A stretch of 64,000 bases of DNA from Ascoidea asiatica JCM 7603 (taxonomy: Eukaryota > Fungi > Ascomycota), in contig BCKQ01000007.1 in assembly GCA_001600695.1 (NCBI GenBank), forward strand, positions 84,327-148,326, read 5' to 3'. How positions within the stretch are numbered: the first letter of the stretch is position 1; the number at the start of each line of letters is the position of its first letter. A program made the translations under genes and the position numbers. This document shows, piece by piece, positions 1-10,652 of the stretch. The notes below the pieces were generated by a model. The model saw only the letters and a program-made list of their open reading frames with translations. It searched no databases and was not told where the DNA came from.

Positions 1-154
1 TTTTTCAAAGATGGAGATAATTCTTTTAACTATTATCATTCTTTATTTTAATATATCTTTTTGTCTTCAATTTTGTTTAAAGCTATATAACAGTGAATAT
101 ATATAAATATAAATGAGTTTTTAATATACCTTACCTTTCATTTCTTTTCTTTTT

Positions 155-2575
155 TTATCTGATTTCAAATGTATCATTTTTTTCTTTTATTAAAGCTTGA
201 GCTTTTTTAATTCCAACAATTCTTTCTAATGAAAAAAAATCCCATTTAGAATATAAAACTCTAATAAATGAAAGATTTATATCTTTAATAATACCATTTA
301 ATAATGATGTACTTAAAAATCTTAAAATAATTTCTGAATAAAATGTTTCTTCACTTGGTAAATTATAAAATATTATATTCTTCACACCTTTTATATCATA
401 TCTATAATAATAATGAAATCTTTCTGTATATAATAAAATTTTACTTTTATTATTTAAAAATGAATTTCTTGCTTTTGAAACATTTGATTGTGATGAATTT
501 TCACTAATACTTGAAAAATTAAATGATGTATAATTTTTTAAATAATTTTTAACTCTTAAAAAATCTGCAATTGAATTAAAATAAATTAATGTACCACCAT
601 TTTCTTCATCTTCATTTTGTTCTTTTAAAATTGTTGAAACTAAATTTAATTTAAAATATTTAAATCTTTCATCTGAATCTTCAAATGGTGAATTTAATTC
701 AATTCTTGTAAAAAATTGTTTAATTTTAAAACCAATTTTATTTATTGAACATAATTCATTTATATAATTTTTTTTAAATTTAATTTTACCAAAAATATTT
801 AATGAAATTTTATTTGAAATTAAATTATTAATTTCTGGTGTTGAAAATTTACAAAAAATTAAATTTTGTCTTAATAATTTAAAATTATTTTCAATTGCCC
901 ACATTCTAACTCTTGAGAAATCTAAATCTTTTGGTTGAGTTGATAATTTTTCATTAATAAATGGTAAAATATATTCAATATTTGACCAATTTTGAAATTG
1001 AGATGTATTTGCTTGATCAATAATTAAAATTTCAATTGAACTTAAAAATTCTTCTTTTTCTTTTTTTTTTAAATTATTTTGTAAAAAAAATTTAAGACCT
1101 AATGGAGAAGCAAAAATTATATCAGATTGATTAAATGAAGAATATAATTTTATTGATTTTCTTGTAAATTTTATACCAATATGAAATAAATCATGATTAT
1201 TACCAGAAAATAAATATTTAAAATCTTTTGGTTTATTTTCATTAATAAAATTATTTTCAAAAAATTGTTGATTAAATTTTTTAAAATTTTCTGGTTGTAA
1301 ATTTGATAATTTTATAAAAATTTTTATAATTTCAAAACATGAATTTCTATTTGGTAAAATTATTAAAATTTTTGGTCTATGAAAACCATGATCTTTAATT
1401 TCAGGTTCTTCAATAAATTTATTAATTTTTAAATTTTCTCTATATGTTGAAATTTTTAAATTATTTTTTAAAATTCTATCTCTTGTTTTAAAAATATGAT
1501 TAATTGAATGTAAAGTATATAAATTTCTTATTTCATTTTCATTTTTATAATCAAAATATGGAAATATTATATCTTTATAAGTAAACATTGGATCTATAAT
1601 TAATTTTTGTAATTGAGATAATTTAAAATTTTGATTTTTTAAATTTGTAAGTAATTTTGATTTTATATTATAATTATTGTTATTATTATTATCAAATAAT
1701 TCAATTTTTTCAAAATTTTTAATTTTTTCAATTGAAGATAATTTAAATTGATTTTTTTTATCAATATTTTCAATATTTTCAATTTCTGGAGGTAATTGTT
1801 CAAATATTGAATAATTTAAAGTATCAATATTTAATTTATTTAAATTCCATTTAATTGAATTATTTTTAATGAATAGATTATTATAATTATTAAGAATATT
1901 TTGATTTGGATTTGCAAAATGATATTCAAATGGATCTAAATTTAAATTTTCAATTTCATCATCTTTTTTTGATTCATCAATTGATAAAGTTTCAATTTCA
2001 TCTTCATCTTTATCTTTATCTTTATCATCTTGTAAATCTTCATTTTGTAATTCTTTTAGTTCTTTTAATTCTTCTTCATTTGGTTTATTATCAATCCTTA
2101 TTTTAGTTTTGATTATTTCCATTTCTTCATCGGATAAGTTCTCATTTTGATTATTATTATTTGAAGTAATATTTCTTTTTTTATGATCTTCATTTAAACC
2201 AAGAAGTAAGAAATCATAAGATTTTTCATTATTAAATTGAGAATCATTAATTTGATTAATATTAATAGATTCATCATCACTATAATAATCATTATCTATA
2301 TTATCTATATTACTTATATCATCATTATTATTTATATTATTTATATTATTTGTATTATTATAATTATTATTTTTATAATTAGAATTTGATCTAATTGTTC
2401 TCATTGAAGTTCTACCACCTTTACCTTTCCAATTAATTTTTCCAACATCATTTTTTTTTAATAAATTTTTCTTATCATTCACATTCAATTTAGGTTTTGA
2501 AACTTTTGAAACTTTTGAAACTTTTGAAGATGATGAAATTATTTTATTTTTCTTTGAAGTTTTATTATAACTCAT
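155..2575 (-). CDS. UTP25: U3 snoRNA-associated protein 25 (SSU processome, DEAD-box-like fold)
   Basis: 806-aa ORF with HGFHRPKILIILPNR, FSGNNHDLFHIGIKFTRKSIKLYSSF, DIIFASPLGL, FLSSIEILIIDQ and LLYTERFHYYYRYDIKGVK, all typical Utp25 blocks. Confidence 0.95.
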   Translation of the reverse strand: MSYNKTSKKNKIISSSSKVSKVSKVSKPKLNVNDKKNLLKKNDVGKINWKGKGGRTSMRTIRSNSNYKNNNYNNTNNINNINNNDDISNIDNIDNDYYSDDESININQINDSQFNNEKSYDFLLLGLNEDHKKRNITSNNNNQNENLSDEEMEIIKTKIRIDNKPNEEELKELKELQNEDLQDDKDKDKDEDEIETLSIDESKKDDEIENLNLDPFEYHFANPNQNILNNYNNLFIKNNSIKWNLNKLNIDTLNYSIFEQLPPEIENIENIDKKNQFKLSSIEKIKNFEKIELFDNNNNNNYNIKSKLLTNLKNQNFKLSQLQKLIIDPMFTYKDIIFPYFDYKNENEIRNLYTLHSINHIFKTRDRILKNNLKISTYRENLKINKFIEEPEIKDHGFHRPKILIILPNRNSCFEIIKIFIKLSNLQPENFKKFNQQFFENNFINENKPKDFKYLFSGNNHDLFHIGIKFTRKSIKLYSSFNQSDIIFASPLGLKFFLQNNLKKKEKEEFLSSIEILIIDQANTSQFQNWSNIEYILPFINEKLSTQPKDLDFSRVRMWAIENNFKLLRQNLIFCKFSTPEINNLISNKISLNIFGKIKFKKNYINELCSINKIGFKIKQFFTRIELNSPFEDSDERFKYFKLNLVSTILKEQNEDEENGGTLIYFNSIADFLRVKNYLKNYTSFNFSSISENSSQSNVSKARNSFLNNKSKILLYTERFHYYYRYDIKGVKNIIFYNLPSEETFYSEIILRFLSTSLLNGIIKDINLSFIRVLYSKWDFFSLERIVGIKKAQALIKEKNDTFEIR

Positions 2576-2704
2576 TTCTTTAAAGTAAGTTCTCAGTTCT
2601 CAGTTCTCAGTTCTCAGATGATCAAATGAATAGGTCTTTTTATTATATATTATACTCTTTCTTCAATTCAATCTTTTGATCCAAGCTGATTAAATCTTCA
2701 ATTT

Positions 2705-2757
2705 CAATTACAATTACAATTACAATTTCAATTACAATTACAATTACAATTACAATT
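2705..2757. repeat. (CAATTA)n microsatellite upstream of UTP25
   Basis: About 9 near-perfect hexamer units read directly. Confidence 0.85.
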
Positions 2758-2877
2758 CCAGATTCAAATTCAAATTCAAACAAAAAAAAGGTCTAAAATT
2801 TCTTCCGATGAATTAAAAAAATTAAAAAATTAAAAAAAAGAAAAATTGATATTGAAAAGAGGGTAACTATAAGTCAT

Positions 2878-2921
2878 GAGACCATATTTGAGGAAGCCCT
2901 TTTTAGAGACCAGTTATGCGG
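2878..2921 (+). promoter_or_regulatory. Two copies of bipartite GAGACCA-N7-GG element in the UTP25 promoter
   Basis: GAGACCA-TATTTGA-GG (2878-2893) and GAGACCA-GTTATGC-GG (2906-2921); same motif recurs at 8419, 62827 and 62916. Confidence 0.6.
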
Positions 2922-2936
2922 TATTCTTTTATTAAA

Positions 2937-2995
2937 ATATATAAATATAAATATAAATATAAATATAAATATAAATATAAATATAAATATAAATA
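2937..2995. repeat. (ATAAAT)n microsatellite
   Basis: About 9-10 tandem hexamers. Confidence 0.85.
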
Positions 2996-3030
2996 TACTG
3001 TATAAATAGGCTATTTATTTATTTATTTAT

Positions 3031-3339
3031 TTATTTATCTACTGATTTGTTTGAGTTTATTTTTTTAAAAAAAGAGAATAAATCTTCTGAATAAAAAATT
3101 ATACCAAAAATTTCATGAAATATAACAAAAATTAAGAAATAATAATCAAATTTAGAATTTCTAAAATCATAATGATATTTCATAAATATAATTGAATAAA
3201 TTTTTATAATATTATTTTTTTTTTTAGTATCATTATTGAATTTATTAATTGAATTAAGTGAAAAGTTTTTTATATTATTTGAAATTTCATTTAATTTATA
3301 ATTTAATTTAATTGAATCATTTGAAGTTTCATTTTTCAT
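3031..3339 (-). CDS. Hypothetical 102-aa protein with one C-terminal hydrophobic segment
   Basis: ATG-initiated, host-like N/K/I-rich codon pattern, hydrophobic YYFLIFVIFHEIFGIIFY; CRE sites lie upstream. Confidence 0.4.
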   Translation of the reverse strand: MKNETSNDSIKLNYKLNEISNNIKNFSLNSINKFNNDTKKKNNIIKIYSIIFMKYHYDFRNSKFDYYFLIFVIFHEIFGIIFYSEDLFSFFKKINSNKSVDK

Positions 3340-3681
3340 TTTTCATTTCCATTCCTATTTCCTTTTCATTTTCATTTTCATTACTTCAATTTATGTTAAA
3401 GTCATTGCTTCAATCAGTATGAATTCCAAAATCGATTGCTTTCTCAAAAACACAACATCATTAACTGATACTCTCTTTGTCCTCAGTGAGTGAAATTTAA
3501 GAACTTGAACAAAGAACAAGCAATGAATAAATAATTTATGAATAATCAATCAATTATCAGTTATGAAATGTTCATGGAGTGAGAGTTTGCAGAAAGAAGA
3601 AAAGAAAGAAAAGAAAGAAGAAACAGAAGTTTTTGTGGTAGTTAACGAGGGGAGGAGCACTGGGGACAGCACTGTCCTGGA

Positions 3682-3731
3682 TTACGTCAAATATTGCACT
3701 AAATACTACATTATTTAGGGAACTGACGTCA
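3682..3731. promoter_or_regulatory. Two CRE (Sko1/ATF-type bZIP) sites
   Basis: TTACGTCA at 3682-3689 and palindromic TGACGTCA at 3724-3731. Confidence 0.45.
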
Positions 3732-3773
3732 TAGGATATACCTCAAGTGCAACTTGCTTTTTGTCACTGCTTT

Positions 3774-3847
3774 GGTTCGTTGGTCTAGTTGGTTATGGCA
3801 TCTGCTTAACACGCAGAACGTCCCCAGTTCGATCCTGGGACGAATCA
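3774..3847 (+). tRNA. tRNA-Val(AAC)
   Basis: Acceptor GGTTCGT/ACGAATC+A, D-arm GGTCTAGTTGGTTATGGC, anticodon arm TCTGC-TTAACAC-GCAGA, T-loop TTCGATC, followed by a T-run Pol III terminator. Confidence 0.97.
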
Positions 3848-4026
3848 TTACCTTTTTTTTATTCTACTAGTTTCCCAATTAAGCGATGAAATATATATAT
3901 AAGGTATATACTGTATATACCTTATATACTGTATATACTGTATTTTTATTAGAAATAAGATGATAATGAAAGAGAAAGATTAAAAGATAAAGAGATATAT
4001 ATGGAAAAGAAGTTTAGAAACTAATA

Positions 4027-5091
4027 TTAGGAGAAGTTTTCAATATATGAAGGATACAATTTTTGTAATTGAGATAATTTTAAATCTAAATATTCAATTT
4101 CTTTACCTTGATAAATACTTTCTAAAGTATCTGTACTATTATTATTTGAAACAGTATTTGAATTTGAAAAAATACTTGAATCACTTGATGAATTACTTGA
4201 ATTATTACTTGAAGAATATTCATTAAATTCAATTTCTTTATAATTATTAATTTCATCTCTTAAATAATCTGGATTATCTGTAATAACACCTTTAACAAAT
4301 GGAAAATTAAGTATATATTTTATATCATCTTTTGAATTTACTGTCCAAAAATATAAATCAATTTTTTGATTAATAATATAATTAATTATAAAATTTTTCC
4401 ATTTACTATTATTAATTGAATATAATGATTTATCTAAAGAAATTTTATAAAGTAATGAAATTCCATTAATTTTTAAACTTTTATCATTTAAACAATTTGA
4501 ATAATTTAATAATTCAATTGATAAATTTAAATCTTCAGAAATATTAATAATTTCAAAATTATTAAATATATTATTTTCAATACCATATTTATAAAAATTT
4601 AAATTCCAAATACCAAATTGAATTTTATTATACCAAAATTTTAAATCTTTATTAAAATATAATAAATCATTAATAATAAATTTTAAAATTTTTGTATTAT
4701 TATTTGTTTTAATATCTAACATTAATTTAAATTCAAAATTTTTTTTTTTTTTAATATTATTTAAATACCAATTTAAAAGTTCTTTAAAAGTTGGTAAATT
4801 TTCATTTGGTTCTTTTAAAGTTTTAATATTTTTTAAATCAAAATAAGTTGAATTATTTATATTTAAATTTTTATTAAAAATTCTATTTGTTATTGCATCA
4901 TGACATATCACTACAATATTATCTTTTGTTAAATGTAAATCTGTTTCTAAAACATCTGTAAATTCAAAAGATTTTGAAAATCCATAAATTGTATTTTCTG
5001 GATATAATCTTCTAAATCCTCTATGTCCAATACAAAGTGGTTTTTTTAAAGTGCTAATTGTAGTAGAATTATTATTATTAATTGAAGTCAT
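4027..5091 (-). CDS. PGC1: Glycerophosphodiester phosphodiesterase (GDPD), Pgc1-like phosphatidylglycerol phospholipase C
   Basis: IGHRGF..YPENT, LETDLHLTKDNIVVICHD, LMLDIK, WTVN and GVITDNP GDPD motifs; family is certain, orthology to PGC1 is likely. Confidence 0.8.
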   Translation of the reverse strand: MTSINNNNSTTISTLKKPLCIGHRGFRRLYPENTIYGFSKSFEFTDVLETDLHLTKDNIVVICHDAITNRIFNKNLNINNSTYFDLKNIKTLKEPNENLPTFKELLNWYLNNIKKKKNFEFKLMLDIKTNNNTKILKFIINDLLYFNKDLKFWYNKIQFGIWNLNFYKYGIENNIFNNFEIINISEDLNLSIELLNYSNCLNDKSLKINGISLLYKISLDKSLYSINNSKWKNFIINYIINQKIDLYFWTVNSKDDIKYILNFPFVKGVITDNPDYLRDEINNYKEIEFNEYSSSNNSSNSSSDSSIFSNSNTVSNNNSTDTLESIYQGKEIEYLDLKLSQLQKLYPSYIENFS

Positions 5092-5739
5092 ATTATTATT
5101 ATTATATTTTGTTATCTTGAAATATATTATAATATTTTGAGTAATAATGAAATAAAAGGAAATAAATAATAATAAATAATAATAAATAATAATAAATATA
5201 TGATAATTTCTGTACTTATAAGTAATATTTATACTAAAAAAAAAAAAAAAAAAAAGATAAGAGATATTGAAAATGTAACTAAGAAATTTGCCACGAATTA
5301 AAATAGATTAAATAAATAAATAGATAAATATAATAAATAATAAACGAGAATTTAATGAATGATTGAAATTATTTTCTCAAGATTTTAAAGATTTTAAAGA
5401 TTTTAAAGATTTTACTTAAGTTTTAATTAAAATTAAATTTTACTTAAGTTTTTTAGATATAAGATTTATATGAATTGAATTTCCCATTAAAGATAATCTT
5501 CATACATAACAATATATATATTTATTGATAATGATATATTTGTAATGAAGTTATTTAAAATAAAATGATTATTATATTTTAAAAAATTGTTAATAAAAAT
5601 TGTAAAATAAAACTATTTTAAAATAGATTGTAAAATTGTATATTAATTGAATTTTTCATTTGTTTACAAATATTCCAATATTCAAATATTCCAGTTGTGA
5701 GATTGTCGAGATTGTAAATCGACATTTTTAAAACCAGAT

Positions 5740-6272
5740 TAAAAATTCGAGAAGTGACAGTTTTAGAACTGTGCGGAGATAACAAAAGAACAACGTAAAG
5801 AGACAGCGTAAAGAGACAAAGATAAAGAGTGAGACAAGAAAAAGAACCGAGACAGGGAACGAGCTCACGCACGGGGCCATGGCTCGCTCACGGGGCAGCC
5901 CCAGTGAGTCACCGACGAGGTTTATCCGGGCTTGTTCTTTGGCTTGTTTTTGGCTGTCTCCACGCGGGCAGCAAACACGCAACAAACGTGCGTGGCAAAA
6001 GCAATCTACGGGCAACGTTCGGTACAGCAAACAAATTTCTAAGAACGGGTTTCGGGGTTCTTACAAGGATGGAGTAGCACCGTGGAGGCAATGGCGGTGT
6101 TTTAGTGTGGGACGCTAAACAGGACCATCGTGCTGAAAAGTACGCAGAGTGGTGTTTACGATCCACAGTGGCCTCAGTTTAATTTCTCCGGTTCCGGTGG
6201 TCTGGCCGATCAGCCACAGAGGCTCGCCTATCAGCCACAGCTGCTCTCATTAGGCAATCTGTCGTCTTATCA
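5740..6272. promoter_or_regulatory. GC-rich regulatory island upstream of the GDPD gene
   Basis: Abrupt GC/CpG rise; TGAGTCA near 5904; duplicated ATCAGCCACAG at 6209-6219 and 6230-6240. Confidence 0.5.
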
Positions 6273-6948
6273 GTAAAAAAAAAAAGAGATTATTTTAAAC
6301 TAAAGTATTTATAGATAAGTGAATAGAACTGAAATTTGGTTTATATCAGATAAGAATAAAGAAAGATAATAATAATAGTGTATACTTTATTTTATTTTAT
6401 TTTATTTCATTTTATTATTTTATTATTTTATTATTTTATATTTATGAAAGTGAATCCTTAAAGAAAAAAAAAAAAAATTGAAAAAAGATTAAGAAAAAAT
6501 CAAAAAAAGGTGGAGAACAGGTGATATTGTAAGGTAACCAATGATACTGATTTGAATTTGAATCTAACTGGAGTCTAACTTGAATCGAACATAATTTGAA
6601 TATTTATTTAATATAAATTGAACTTGAATCGAATGTAAATCACTTGAATCGAATGTTAATTTAAAGTAAACCAATTTGGAGTAAATTGAATCAACTTGAG
6701 ATATCAATAATTTTTTAAATTATATTTTTATTACCATAATATGAATATAAAATCTATTTATAATAAAAGAATATCTATCATAAATAGTCCCTTGTAAAGA
6801 TACTTTAACACATTTTAAGTAATAATAAAAACTAGAAATTATACTTTATAAATGAATAAGTTAATATTGTTTATATAATGAACGAATAAGTGAATTAATG
6901 AATGAATGAATGAATGAATGAATTTAGATAGTAAGTATATATTTATTT

Positions 6949-7605
6949 TTATATAGAATTGAAATTATTTTTTGAGAAATTGAAATTAAAAGATTCATCA
7001 AATAGTTTATTTGGTAATGAAGGTGGTAAAAGATAATTGGATTTTAAATTAACACTTAAATTATTATTTATCTTAATATTGTTATTGTTATTGTTATTTG
7101 TATTTGTATTTGTATTTATATTTATATTTATATTGGAATTGGAATTGGAAAAATCTTCAACTTTAAAACTTATATAATTATTATTATTATTATTATTATT
7201 AAAATATTCTATTGGACTTTCTAAATCACTTTCATTACATGAATCATTATATTCATCATTATTACTTGAATCATTACTTGAATTATCTTCAACTGAATTG
7301 ATAATTATTGGTGGTAAATTATGATTTTTTTTATAAAAATTAAATGTATATGTTTTATTATTACTTTTACTTTTACTTTTATCTTCAATATTTGTATTTA
7401 TCTTTAAATTACTCTTTAAATTACTTTTAATATTACTTTTAATATTACTTTTAATATTACTTTTATTATATTTACATTTTTTAAAATTTGAATCTTCTAA
7501 TAATATTACTTTTTCATTAAATCTAACTTTTTTATGATCTATTTCTTTAACTTTATTATTTGAAAAAATTGGTGAAATTGTTATAATTGGTAAAGATAAT
7601 GACAT
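6949..7605 (-). CDS. Orphan low-complexity 218-aa protein with putative PP1 (RVxF) and calcineurin (PxIxIT) docking motifs
   Basis: ATG preceded by AAA, host-like codon usage, own upstream GC island (about 7900-8440); motifs PIITIS, KKVRF, KSN(I/L)K repeats, PPIIIN, YLLPP. Confidence 0.7.
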   Translation of the reverse strand: MSLSLPIITISPIFSNNKVKEIDHKKVRFNEKVILLEDSNFKKCKYNKSNIKSNIKSNIKSNLKSNLKINTNIEDKSKSKSNNKTYTFNFYKKNHNLPPIIINSVEDNSSNDSSNNDEYNDSCNESDLESPIEYFNNNNNNNNYISFKVEDFSNSNSNINININTNTNTNNNNNNNIKINNNLSVNLKSNYLLPPSLPNKLFDESFNFNFSKNNFNSI

Positions 7606-8418
7606 TTTATATAATATATTATATTATGAATAGAAATATGATTGTAATATGATTGAAGTTTGATAATTGTTTTATATTATATTAATATTTTGTATATTTA
7701 TGATAAGGATTATAATTGACTTCGGTTAATTTTAATTTGAAATATAAAACAAAGAAGATAATTTCTTATTTAAATAAATTCTTTTCAATAATCAATTCAA
7801 TTATATCTTGTTCTACTTTTAGCATTATGAATTGATATGAAATAGTATGAAATAGTATGAAATAGTGAAATATTACTACAATAATGATGATTTTCATTAC
7901 TATTTACCAGTAAACACCAACAAAACACTGCTCTTTTCTTGGCTATATTTATTTTTGCAAAATTGGCTTGTTTTAAAACAGCCAACAGTTGTCACTTCTG
8001 CGGCGTGTAAGCTGCACGACTGCGCTTTTATTGGCGCAGAAGCAAACACCGGCGCAATACCATTGGCTGGCCTCTCGGCAATTCACTTCTTTTGTTCTTT
8101 TTTTTGCGGTTTGAAATTAAAATGAGAAGAAATTGCAGCCAAAACGTGGCTGTGCTCTGGGCCTTCATCATTCGGTTTTGTGGTTTTGCGCAGCTCAACC
8201 GGGCGCTTTTGCGCGCTTCTTCTTATTTTTTTTGTCTTTTGTTTCTGTGCCGGCCTCGCAAACTTTTTCCTGCAAACTTTTTCCCGCAAACTTTGCTGCA
8301 AAACGCGGCTTGGAATTTCATTTACGGCAAAAACACTCCAGAAATAAACAAAAACAAACAAAAGAAGCCAGAGAATTTTAAAATGATTAAAATTAATTGC
8401 ATGGCACGTGGCATATGT

Positions 8419-8436
8419 GAGACCATGTATTTGGAT
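8419..8436 (+). promoter_or_regulatory. GAGACCA-N7-GGAT element next to a CACGTG E-box
   Basis: GAGACCA-TGTATTT-GGAT; CACGTG at 8405-8410. Confidence 0.55.
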
Positions 8437-8592
8437 ACTATATATAAATACAATTTAAATACTATATCCTTAGCTCTTATACTGTATATTTTACTTATTT
8501 CCTAAAAGGGTATTTATTCAATTATACTCTACAGTATAATAAATAGTTTAATGAAATATTTATTCAATCATATAATTATTATATTAATAAAA

Positions 8593-10615
8593 TCAATTAG
8601 TCCAACTACCTCCACAAATACATGACATTCTATATTGAACTGTCCAAAGATTATTAAATTCTTTATGTTTATATTTTTCAATTTTTTGAAAATTATCATG
8701 AACTGGTGAACATAATCCACATCTTGTACATTTTCTTAATTTTATACCAATACAATCATCTGAAATTAAAATTTTTCTTAAAAAATCAATTTTTTCTCCA
8801 TTATATTTATCTAAACTATTATTTGAATAAAAATTATAATTATCTAATCCTAACCATTCCGTATTATAAAAAAATATTTTTTCTTTATCAAAACTTTTAT
8901 ACATTATATTACGTAAATCTTTTAACATAATTGTAACAATTGGAAATAATCCTTGTTTAATTTGTGATTGACAAATTATATCTTGTTCAATTTTTATTTT
9001 TTCTAATTCTTCTAATGTTTTTTTTTTCTCAATTAAATTTTTATCATTTAAACAAATTAAATTAATTTTTTTATTAATATCTTCATTAATAATTTTATTT
9101 GCATTATTATCAAATTCAATTAAAAATTTCTCAAATTCTTTTAAATTAATTATTGACATATTAATTAAATCATTAATTTTTTTTTTTGCAATTATTATTG
9201 GTTGTTTAAATTCATTTAAAATATGATTTGATAAATTTATTATTTCCGGTTTTAAATTTATTACATTCATAAATTTTTGAAAACTAAAAATATATTGAAT
9301 AGATTTAATTAAAAATGATCTTGGAATTTTTCCAATTAATAATGGAAAAATTAATTTATTTGCTAATAATTCTCTTTTTTCACCTAAAGTTATAAATAAA
9401 AGAAATTGTTGATTTAATAATATTACATAATCAATACACCATCTAATTAATCCAATTGTTGATAATATTGTTTCTGAAATATAATTAATATCTCCTCTAC
9501 CAAATGATGTGTTTTTTTGTTCTAATTTTTTCATTGACATTGATAATGTTTTTATTGAAAACATTAATCCAAATGGTATTAACATTAAATTTGTTAAAGC
9601 CCATGAAATTTTTGAACTTTGTGTTCTTTCCCAATTTTTTAAAGTACCTAATGATATTTGTATATGTAATAATTTTTGTAAAGGTAAACTTGCAAATAAT
9701 TTTTCAATACGTTCAAGTGGTATAGCTAAACTAAATGATAATGTTTTATGACATTCTTGTAAAATAATTGCTGTGAAAATATCTCTTAAATTTTTTTTAA
9801 ATTTATTATTTGGAAAATTTTCTTTAAAAAATTTATCAATTTTTATTAAATCATTTTGAATAACTGCAATTAAATCATCACTATCAATTTTTGAAACAAA
9901 TGAACTACTACTTTGTCTTGCAATTGCAACAGCAACTGCTAATCTTTCTTTTGGTGAAGGCCAATAAATTTCTTTTGAGAAAACTCTTTCTGCTATATTT
10001 AAATGAAGTTTAAAATCTATTGATGATAATGAAACATATGAAAGTAAATTTGGTGAAAAACAACAATAAATTGGCTTAAAGTTTATATTTGATAATTTAA
10101 ATCCAACATCAAATAAACTTCCAATAGTATTTGGTAATTGAAAATCTAATTGATTCTCATTTTCATTTTCATTATCTTTATCTTTATCTTTATCTTTATC
10201 TTTATCTTTATTTTTATCCTCAATTTTTAAAGTTAATTTTGGATCAATCAATTTTAAAGTATTTCTATCTCTAATTTCAATTTCACCATTAATAAAACAA
10301 AAATATAATAATGTAAAAGTTATATCTGTTCCAATTGATAATAATGGTAAAAATGAATTTATTATATTTTTTTTAACAAGTGTATGATCTCCTTTATTCG
10401 ATATTTTTTCAAAATTATTACTATTATTATTTATATTATTATCTTCATTTTCAATTTCATTTTCAATTGTAGAATTTATATTTATAGTTGTTAAACCATT
10501 TTCTTTATTTAAATTTTCAATCCAAGAAGAATTAGAATTATTAAAATCTATTTGACTTCCTGCAAAAATAGTAGAACAAGTTTTATCTGAAGGAGAACTA
10601 TATAAATCATAATCA

Positions 10616-10652
<37 letters not shown>

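Noticed and set aside
5618-6166. Five overlapping 79-100 aa ORFs in the GC island
   Set aside because: Mutually overlapping, several with non-ATG starts, and codon usage unlike host genes; they are a by-product of stop-codon scarcity in GC-rich DNA. The same applies to clusters at 7797-8505, 12476-12733, 29545-29932 and 53923-54765.
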